Shown in pieces: positions 56,783 to 64,000 of a stretch of DNA of 64,000 nucleotides. The stretch is from IMG/VR virus record IMGVR_UViG_3300044568_003163, positions 186,001 to 250,000 of that record; one strand, 5' to 3'. Position numbers and translations under genes: made by a program. The notes under the pieces were generated by a model. It was not told where the DNA came from, made no database searches, and saw nothing but the letters and a program-made list of their open reading frames with translations. The number at the start of each line of letters is the position of its first letter. Within the stretch, counting starts at the first letter, position 1.

Positions 56783-58405
56783 TTATACTAAAGAACCAAG
56801 AAGGTTAGACATAAATACACCTGAAGTGATATACATAGTTTCTGGTTTGAAACCTGCTTCAACTAAAGCGTATCTTGATTTAACAGCTACTTTAGGAGCC
56901 ATAGTTCCTTCAGCAATTGTTTGTACTGATTCAGCCATTAAGTAAGGCATGAATACTAAACCTGGAGAGTTACCATCACCTTTACGTCCAACTAAGAAAC
57001 GAGTATCGTTCCAAGCCATGTTAGGATCGTTGTAGATAGCAAGACCTGCAACAGTTCCAATTGGGTAAAGTGAACCACTCATTTGGTTAATAGTATTAGC
57101 CATAGGAGCAGGAACGAAACCAGCTATATCTTGTAGGGCAGAACATACTTGACCGTTTGTAACGATGAAAGTAGCTGGACCTCTACGACCTCTAATTGCA
57201 ATAAGGTTAGCGATTGCAAGGATCTTAGACATAATTTTTCTCTGACGAGTTGAAAGATTCTCAGAAGCTGAGTTTGTAACCTCAGAAGCAAGAATAGTTG
57301 CAGCTCTAAGAGTAGTATCTTGGATGTAAGCACCAAAGTTAGTTTGAGTGTTAGCAGATGTACCAGATACAACAATTGAAGTAGCACCAATGTTCAAGAA
57401 GAAGTTGATTCCTTGAGAGTTAACAACATTTTTGTGGTTAGTTTCTCCAAGAGCAAATAATCTAGAAAGGATGTTTTTGTTGATTGATTGAGTCAATTCA
57501 TTGATAAGTACTGATTCTACTTGAGATACAGCATCTACTCCGAATTGTTTCAAATCTTGAACTTGCTCTCTAGTAACAGCAGCTGCAACTTGGAAAGTTT
57601 TAGCTTCAACTGATTTGTTGAAAAGACTTAAGTTCATTACGTTGTCTGGAGTAGACTCACCTAAAGATCTAGAATATGGATCGTTAATATCATCTCCAGT
57701 ATAATCGTTGTTAGTTAAAGCTTGACCTGAGAATCCAGTGATGTGGTCTTCTAAAGCTTTTACTAATTCTACGTTTAATCCAGAAGTAGCACCAGTTACA
57801 CCTGAGATACCTGAAGCACCTAAGATAGTAGTAAAAGTTGAAAGGATAGTAGCACCAGAAAGAGTACCTCTAACGTGGAAGATTGGATAACCATCTAAAC
57901 GAGAAGATCCTACATAAGCAAGAGTAACTCCATTAGTTGAAGCAGAAGTTCCACCAACTACAAACGAAGGAACTGTAGCAGAACCATAGTTTACTTTGAT
58001 TAATAATGGAGAATTTGTAGTAGAAGCAGTTTGACCACCAGCATATACGAAGTCTAAGTAAGTTAATACTCCCATTGGACCAGGCATTGGTACAACAGGT
58101 ACTAAGTCAAGACCAATAGTTTGAGCAGCAACTTGCATTGCTAATGGAAGAAGTGTGTGAGCTTTATCACCTGAACCAGCTTCTTGACCTGGGAAACCAG
58201 CTTGAGTACCTGGATCTCCAGGGAAACGAGTTGCACCCATACCGTTTACAGAACCTAATTGAGCTAAGCTATTGTTTTCATACAATTCATGATAATGACA
58301 GTATTTAGACATCCACTCTACTCTATTACGCTCTTGAATTCCTGTAGTAGACTCAATGATTGGAGCCCATTTACCGAATATTTCTTGTTCGTTAATTAAA
58401 TACAT
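56783..58405 (-). CDS. gp23: Major capsid protein (gp23-like)
   Basis: KWAPII, LVPVVPMPGPMG, VEAKTFQVAAAVTREQVQDL, SVLINELTQSIN, FIVTN, GLVFMPY, KSRYAL. Confidence 0.95.
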   Translation of the reverse strand: MYLINEQEIFGKWAPIIESTTGIQERNRVEWMSKYCHYHELYENNSLAQLGSVNGMGATRFPGDPGTQAGFPGQEAGSGDKAHTLLPLAMQVAAQTIGLDLVPVVPMPGPMGVLTYLDFVYAGGQTASTTNSPLLIKVNYGSATVPSFVVGGTSASTNGVTLAYVGSSRLDGYPIFHVRGTLSGATILSTFTTILGASGISGVTGATSGLNVELVKALEDHITGFSGQALTNNDYTGDDINDPYSRSLGESTPDNVMNLSLFNKSVEAKTFQVAAAVTREQVQDLKQFGVDAVSQVESVLINELTQSINKNILSRLFALGETNHKNVVNSQGINFFLNIGATSIVVSGTSANTQTNFGAYIQDTTLRAATILASEVTNSASENLSTRQRKIMSKILAIANLIAIRGRRGPATFIVTNGQVCSALQDIAGFVPAPMANTINQMSGSLYPIGTVAGLAIYNDPNMAWNDTRFLVGRKGDGNSPGLVFMPYLMAESVQTIAEGTMAPKVAVKSRYALVEAGFKPETMYITSGVFMSNLLGSLV

Positions 58406-58515
58406 TTAAAATGTTTTATTTTGTTTTATGTTTTGATTTACGCTGATGCTTTTTGTGTTTTAGCAGTATTTAGCGTTTAAGTATATATCTAAGTCTCCTT
58501 AGATTTTTATCTATT

Positions 58516-59136
58516 TTATAATAAGTTAACCTTTTCTAAAGATTCTAAGTTAGATTCAATTCCGTCTATTAGATTCGATATTAAAGTTTCGTATTGTTTA
58601 ACATATTCATCAGTTAATATAGAAGCTCTTTCTGGATTATTTGCAAACATACTCCAATCAATACCTGAAGGTTTTAATAAAGGAGAATTTTCATCTGCAG
58701 CCGGTTTAGAATTTACTGAACCTTTTCTCATTTCTAACCCAAAATCATTATACCAGAAAGTCATTGCATTTCTTACATCAGTTATGTCTAACCTTGGTTC
58801 TTTTGATCGGTTTAAATTAGGAGCAAGAGTTCCGTAATTTTGATGTTCTTTGACAATTACTTTACGAATTTTAATAAGTTTTGAATATCCCATCATTGGT
58901 GAATATTCGATACAAAAAAGAGCTTGACCCTTAGAATTGTAAAGTTGTACACTTTCATAAGAAGGAGCTGTTTGTATACCATATTTAGAAAATATTCTTT
59001 TCAAATCTTTTCCTAGAAAATCTTTTGTGATTTTCGAAACTTGTTTGGCTATATCTAATTGATTAGGTTCTAACGAAGCTTTTTCATTAAGAATGGATTC
59101 ATTAATAAATTCAGCAAATGTTAATAAATTCTTCAT
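58516..59136 (-). CDS. Putative internal head protein
   Basis: N-terminus MKNLLTFAEFINESILNE. Confidence 0.7.
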   Translation of the reverse strand: MKNLLTFAEFINESILNEKASLEPNQLDIAKQVSKITKDFLGKDLKRIFSKYGIQTAPSYESVQLYNSKGQALFCIEYSPMMGYSKLIKIRKVIVKEHQNYGTLAPNLNRSKEPRLDITDVRNAMTFWYNDFGLEMRKGSVNSKPAADENSPLLKPSGIDWSMFANNPERASILTDEYVKQYETLISNLIDGIESNLESLEKVNLL

Positions 59137-59162
59137 TTATGTTGTTTTTTTTTACTTAGCAC

Positions 59163-59190
59163 AAAAACTCACTCTTTCAAATGAGTTTTT
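59163..59190 (-). terminator. Intrinsic terminator
   Basis: AAAAACTCA/TGAGTTTTT stem. Confidence 0.65.
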
Positions 59191-59207
59191 ATAAATTTTA
59201 ATATTTA

Positions 59208-61121
59208 TTATCTGTTAAATCTTCTTCTTAATTCAGCTTCTACGGTTTCCATGTAATTAGCCGGAGTTTTATATTCTGCAGTTTCATTAACAATTGCTGG
59301 TGCAGCACCTTCATTTAATGGAGCATCAATTTTAACTGATCTTAAATCTCTAGTAGCCCAGAAATCATCGATTTTATATTGATTATCTAAAACTTTTACT
59401 GAAGCTTGAGCCTTAATTGAATTTCTTTGAGATTCATTTAAGTTATTCCAAGAGTCTTTGTATTTAGCTGGCATATTAGTTAACCAATTTGTAACTGGTC
59501 TAAATGCAATAAATGCAGATTCATATAATCTTTCAGCATCAACTGAACCATAGAATTTGTTATTTTCAAAAACTGCAATAACTTCGTCTTTTTTCTCAGG
59601 AGTTAATGCATCAAATTGATTTCTCTTGTTTTCTGATAGGAAATTCAAGAAGTGTAATTTGTTAGCATCTACTGATTCATTAACAGTTTTTGCATTTTCT
59701 AAAATAGTATTTAATTTGTCGGTTAATGTCTTTTGGAAAGCATCTTCTTCATTACCTTCAATTTTATCTACGATAGTTCTTTTTGGATTTGAATGTAATA
59801 CTAAGTTTTCGTCGATTGATTGAGTACCTTCTAAACCAGTAACTTTACCTTCATTAATTTCTTTAACGATGTGATTAAGATAACCTGCAAGATTTTGTGT
59901 ATTTTCTTTTAAGTACTCAGTATATTCAATGATTGATGATGTACCTTCAACAATATAATCGTTATGAGAAATTACATTATCTAATTGCTCATTCATATGT
60001 TGTTGATAAGCCCAACGTGAGTTAGATTCATTAGCAAGATATTTACTAAATTCAATATTTTGATCTGCCTTTTCTGCAACAACTTTAGTATATTCAATAC
60101 CTCTATCGCTCATTTCAGCAACTAATTTAGTATACTCAATTAAGTGGTCAACCGATTCAGAAAGTTTTTCTGAGTAGTTAATTCCTTGATTAGATTTTTC
60201 ACCAACTAATTCTGCATAATTTTTAACTCTTTCAAGATTTTCAATGATATAATCATTATGAGAAATTAAGCCATCAACTGATTCTGCTAGTTTTTCAACA
60301 TAAGAATTAATTTGATTAACTCTTTTTGCAGTTTCTTCGGTGTAACGTATCAATCCTTCATTAACAGATGAAGAATCTTTAGCTGATGATTCGGTTAAAG
60401 ACTTTTTAAGATTTTCTACTTCGTTTTTAACATGTTTAGTATATTCGTTAAAATCTTCAACGGTAATGTATTTTTTAGGATCCATTTTGTCGTTTTTTGT
60501 TTCGTTTATTGGGTTTGGGGTTGGTTCTTCTTGTTGATAGATTAAAACAGGCATATCAGATTCGCTCAAATCAGACTCTATTTCATAGATCTGTGTTAAT
60601 GAATCGTTGTCTAATCCAAAAGATTCGTTTACTCTTTTCAATTCGGCATTAGCAAATCCAGGATCTGCAACTAAATCGTAAGTAAACATTTTTTTAATTT
60701 TAACATGGCCATTAGATTCAACAACACCGGCAGCTCTAGAAGAAATATGAAGAGGTACACCAGCATCTACTAATGCCATTGCTTGTTTTCCAGCATCAGT
60801 ATTAAGTAATCTGATTCTACCAGTAACTTTTTTGCTAGCTTTATCGTATTGAATGTCTTCAATAATATGTGAAGCATTCTTTAACGATATATCAAAAGAT
60901 TTAGGGTGGTCAAGTTCTCCAAGAAGTTTATTACCTTTAAGTTTTTCTTGTAAGTCTTGTATGTGTGGCATTAACTCAGCTTCATCGTAAATACGATTAT
61001 TCTTGTTTCTAATGCCTATTTCGGTGAAAACACCTTCCAACACATATTTATCTCCATCCTTAGAAGATGTAAGATTTCCTTCCGATCTTTCTAATACAAG
61101 TAGATATTTATTATTGCTCAT
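59208..61121 (-). CDS. gp21: Prohead protease (gp21-like) fused to coiled-coil scaffold (gp22-like)
   Basis: LEGVF, NKNNRIY, LGELDHP, SHII, ISSRAAG, YDLVADP; followed by about 420 aa of helical repeats. Confidence 0.88.
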   Translation of the reverse strand: MSNNKYLLVLERSEGNLTSSKDGDKYVLEGVFTEIGIRNKNNRIYDEAELMPHIQDLQEKLKGNKLLGELDHPKSFDISLKNASHIIEDIQYDKASKKVTGRIRLLNTDAGKQAMALVDAGVPLHISSRAAGVVESNGHVKIKKMFTYDLVADPGFANAELKRVNESFGLDNDSLTQIYEIESDLSESDMPVLIYQQEEPTPNPINETKNDKMDPKKYITVEDFNEYTKHVKNEVENLKKSLTESSAKDSSSVNEGLIRYTEETAKRVNQINSYVEKLAESVDGLISHNDYIIENLERVKNYAELVGEKSNQGINYSEKLSESVDHLIEYTKLVAEMSDRGIEYTKVVAEKADQNIEFSKYLANESNSRWAYQQHMNEQLDNVISHNDYIVEGTSSIIEYTEYLKENTQNLAGYLNHIVKEINEGKVTGLEGTQSIDENLVLHSNPKRTIVDKIEGNEEDAFQKTLTDKLNTILENAKTVNESVDANKLHFLNFLSENKRNQFDALTPEKKDEVIAVFENNKFYGSVDAERLYESAFIAFRPVTNWLTNMPAKYKDSWNNLNESQRNSIKAQASVKVLDNQYKIDDFWATRDLRSVKIDAPLNEGAAPAIVNETAEYKTPANYMETVEAELRRRFNR

Positions 61122-61177
61122 TATGGCTTCTATTTTTAGTTATATATCAATGACGTTTGGAAACAATTGAAATTCAA

Positions 61178-62791
61178 TTACATTCCTGTTGCTTCGGCAT
61201 CCTTTTTGGCTGCTTCTCTTCTTTCTACATCTTCGATGTCTTTTAGTTTCTTGTTAAGACGTAAATCGTCATTAGATAAACCTAAGAATCTTTGTATTAA
61301 GAATTCAGAAGCAAAGTATTTTACTTCGTTCATGTTTGCATCAGTATCAACAAGACCATCTTTCATCGAAGTTACGAAGTCTAATCTTTTCTGTAAGATT
61401 TCAATTTCTTTCATCTCTTCAAAGATGTTCATTGTGTTATATTTTACACCGATTTGGGCTTTAAACGCATCGTCTTCTTTTATTTCAGGAAAGTCTAAAC
61501 ACATTTGAATCCAAAGTGGTTTTGTAAGTATTTCTTGGAAAACTGAACGTAAACGAGTAACAAAACGTCCAAATTTAATCTCGTCTCTAGTCATACCCTC
61601 GGCATTCATTTCCCATGAAGGTGGGGATTCCATATCAAAACGGGAAAGTGGAATTTTAGATACTTTAATTAATTTCTCTCTGAAGTATTTAAGAGCATCA
61701 GTATCTGAAAGGTCTGGACCATCGTTTCCAATAGTCTCTATTGTAGGTTCACCAGCATCACCTGATGGCAACCAATATTCTTTGTTAAATGGCATCATTG
61801 CTTTACCATTAACTTTTAATTCACCAGATTCAGTATCAAAATCTATTTGCTCTCGGTAGTTTTGCATTAAAACTCCAAGAGATTGTTTTGCTCTAGTTTT
61901 TGATTTACCACCAACCGGAATTACAAATTTAGTTTTAAACGAAGCATTAACAGTAGCCCAAATAACTCTTGAGTGTTCCATAATTCTAAGTAAGTTAAAA
62001 GAACGAATAAGTCTTTCAACATAAGAAACTCGATTTACAGTATTAACGTTAGCATAAGAGATGTAAATAACTTGAGAATCATAAACAACTCTTTCCTTAT
62101 TTGGCATACCTTTAAATTGTTTCCAAATTTTCTTACCTTCTTTATCGATTCCAGGTTCAAGATTTATTGGATCTAATTCTTTAAATCCTATAATTCTTGA
62201 TTGTTCTTTGTCGTAAATTATCTCAAATGCAAGATAACCATCAACTAACCATTTTCTAAAGTAAGACCAAGCGGCAATATCATTATTGAATCCAAAGTAT
62301 TGATAGATTCTTTTAAAATTAGTATCTAAAGCGATTTTAACTGCTTCTAATGTTGTAGGTTCTAATGTATCATCATCAAAAGATAATGGCATACAAAAGT
62401 AATTTTTATCATCATAAACTACACATTCATCACAAAGAGTATCAAGAATATCTTCTATCTCATCTTGGATAGCGAATTTTCTAAGGTCTTCTCTTTTCTT
62501 AGGATATGATTTATCAAAGATGGAAATTGATTTACGAAGATTGATATCGGTCATCGATAGATTAGCGAAAAGTGCATAATCATCGTATTCTCCTCCAGCA
62601 ACATTTCTCGGATCAAGTCTCCAACCATATTGGTCTTCGTTGATACCGATAGCTTTGGAATTCTTCAGCACCATATCATCATACATCATTCCAAAGGAAG
62701 ATAATGATTTAAGTGCTTTGCTGACGATATTTCTCGAAGCCGGTGTTGGTTTACCGTTTGAGGTTTCGTCTCTATTTACAAATCCTGGCAT
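61178..62791 (-). CDS. gp20: Portal protein (gp20-like)
   Basis: IEDILDTLCDEC, FRKWLVDG, SYVERLI, LRIME, KEYWLPS, DALKYF, ITRDE-like MTRDEIKF. Confidence 0.95.
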   Translation of the reverse strand: MPGFVNRDETSNGKPTPASRNIVSKALKSLSSFGMMYDDMVLKNSKAIGINEDQYGWRLDPRNVAGGEYDDYALFANLSMTDINLRKSISIFDKSYPKKREDLRKFAIQDEIEDILDTLCDECVVYDDKNYFCMPLSFDDDTLEPTTLEAVKIALDTNFKRIYQYFGFNNDIAAWSYFRKWLVDGYLAFEIIYDKEQSRIIGFKELDPINLEPGIDKEGKKIWKQFKGMPNKERVVYDSQVIYISYANVNTVNRVSYVERLIRSFNLLRIMEHSRVIWATVNASFKTKFVIPVGGKSKTRAKQSLGVLMQNYREQIDFDTESGELKVNGKAMMPFNKEYWLPSGDAGEPTIETIGNDGPDLSDTDALKYFREKLIKVSKIPLSRFDMESPPSWEMNAEGMTRDEIKFGRFVTRLRSVFQEILTKPLWIQMCLDFPEIKEDDAFKAQIGVKYNTMNIFEEMKEIEILQKRLDFVTSMKDGLVDTDANMNEVKYFASEFLIQRFLGLSNDDLRLNKKLKDIEDVERREAAKKDAEATGM

Positions 62792-62835
62792 AAGTTTATT
62801 ATTATGGGTTTAAGTATATATTCGTGTTGAAATGA

Positions 62836-63579
62836 TTACTTTATAAATTTGAATTTATTACTACTTTTTGATTTTTCTCTAGTAATTTTAACTTCGGATA
62901 CGTTAGATTTTTGATATATGATATATTTCTTATAGTCTTCGTAAATACTATTTAAACTTGTCCCAGCAGCATTTATCCTAAGTTCTGGAAAAATTCTAGG
63001 CTGATCTAATTTTATTGCTTTATCCCAATCTTCGTAACAAACGCAAACTTTTGGTGAGAGTACTCTAGATGGTATATATTGTCTTAAGGCAAAAGATAAC
63101 CCAAACTGATCTAAAGCTACTTTTAATTGATATAAATCTAACATAACTGGACCTTGTTCTTTAGCATTAAAAGATTTACCCTTTATGTTTTTTTCGTAAC
63201 TAGATTTGTATAAATGCCTAATCTTTTCTACAATATATTTTCTAGCAGCTGGAGGATACCAACTAATGTTAAGGCCTACCATTAGTTTTCCTTTATTTGC
63301 TTGAACCATACCTAAACATAAAACAATAGGATGTTTATCCCAATAATCTAATGTAGTTTTTCCTTTAGCATCGTATTTAAAAATATAAATCTTACCAGGT
63401 TGAAAATTAGGGTCTCGGTCTACTTGTACTCGAGTACTCTTTTTATTATTAGATTCATCAAGAAACCATTGATATGCTGCCTTAGAATCTAAAACCGTCT
63501 TTGGTTCTTCTGAACCCATTTTAGATTGAAGGTTCAGTAACTTAATAATGTCTTGTAAAAAATCTAAAACTAAGCTCAT
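62836..63579 (-). CDS. gp2: DNA end protector (gp2-like)
   Basis: PGKIYIFKYDAK...YWDKHP, GLNISWYPP, RQY. Confidence 0.8.
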   Translation of the reverse strand: MSLVLDFLQDIIKLLNLQSKMGSEEPKTVLDSKAAYQWFLDESNNKKSTRVQVDRDPNFQPGKIYIFKYDAKGKTTLDYWDKHPIVLCLGMVQANKGKLMVGLNISWYPPAARKYIVEKIRHLYKSSYEKNIKGKSFNAKEQGPVMLDLYQLKVALDQFGLSFALRQYIPSRVLSPKVCVCYEDWDKAIKLDQPRIFPELRINAAGTSLNSIYEDYKKYIIYQKSNVSEVKITREKSKSSNKFKFIK

Positions 63580-64000
63580 GATTTACCGGCAAAAAAATCT
63601 TCCGTAACATACATAAATTTCCAACCTCTAGCTTTAGAATAGGCTTCAGCGGCATTCTTTTTACTTAGATTAGTAATCCAAGTTTCGTAACTCCATTTAT
63701 AGGAATTTAATGCCTTAGCGGTTTTTCTAATAGGTAAAGTTGGCTTTAGTAATTGAGATTTTGGTTTAATTTCTACGATGATAATTTCACCACTAGAAAG
63801 CCTCAATATGTAGTCAGGGAAGTATTTATGATATTTGTTGTCCAATGGAAGGAAATAAGGTATCGAAAAAGATTCCGAAGACCAACTAAGTATCTCCGGA
63901 TTTCTTTCACAATATAGACAAAATTTCTTTTCCCAAGAAGATCGGTATATGATAGGACCACTTCCTGAATATTTCTTGCATTCATTAATAGGAAAATATC
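63576..64000 (-). CDS. gp4: Head completion nuclease (gp4/TnsA-like), 5' end beyond the window
   Basis: Hand-extended frame: IYRSSWEKKFCLYCERNPEILSWSSE...YFPDY...VEIKP; track start at 63845 is an internal TTG. Confidence 0.9.
   Translation of the reverse strand, partial: YFPINECKKYSGSGPIIYRSSWEKKFCLYCERNPEILSWSSESFSIPYFLPLDNKYHKYFPDYILRLSSGEIIIVEIKPKSQLLKPTLPIRKTAKALNSYKWSYETWITNLSKKNAAEAYSKARGWKFMYVTEDFFAGKS

Noticed and set aside
63803-63985. 60-aa minus-strand ORF at the window end
   Set aside because: It is an alternative frame over the gp4 head completion gene, whose conserved YRSSWE motif is in the other frame.
1-64000. tRNA genes, CRISPR arrays, introns/inteins, stop-codon reassignment
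   Set aside because: No T-loop GTTCGAATC-type cloverleaf or regular repeat-spacer pattern was found by eye (tRNAscan and a CRISPR finder were not run). Core genes are uninterrupted with no intein motifs, and TAA, TGA and TAG all end normal-length genes.

Overview
This window is a 64-kb segment of an AT-rich, T4-like (large myovirus or jumbo-type) bacteriophage genome. Essentially every gene is on the minus strand. Virion genes: head completion gp4 (cut by the window end), gp2, portal, a fused prohead protease-scaffold, major capsid, neck, small and large terminase, sheath, tube, tail chaperones and a 1942-aa tape measure. Replication and repair genes: type IIA topoisomerase pair, clamp loader, 5'-3' exonuclease, Fpg/Nei, PD-(D/E)XK nuclease and ThyA. 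It also carries an ECF-type sigma factor, PhoH, MazG and a roughly 12-kb glycan/nucleotide-sugar region built around a RuBisCO-like protein. A-rich, SD-less leaders, TAnnTTT(G/A) promoter boxes and CAP-domain lipoproteins suggest a Bacteroidota host (inference). Most interesting signals: (1) a RuBisCO-like protein/cupin/nucleotidyltransferase/glycosyltransferase pathway, with G-[AP]-[TS] motifs concentrated in capsid, sheath and other virion-module proteins, suggesting virion glycosylation with an unusual sugar; (2) a shared N-terminal capsid-targeting-like motif on at least 7 proteins, including a RimK-RimB fusion and an ADP-ribosyltransferase-like protein, suggesting an injected effector set; (3) three promoter classes, one with a near-palindromic box 48 or 58 bp from the early box; (4) a candidate +1 frameshift in the tail chaperone pair. 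No tRNA or CRISPR array was seen by eye. All functional calls come from motif recognition, not database searches.
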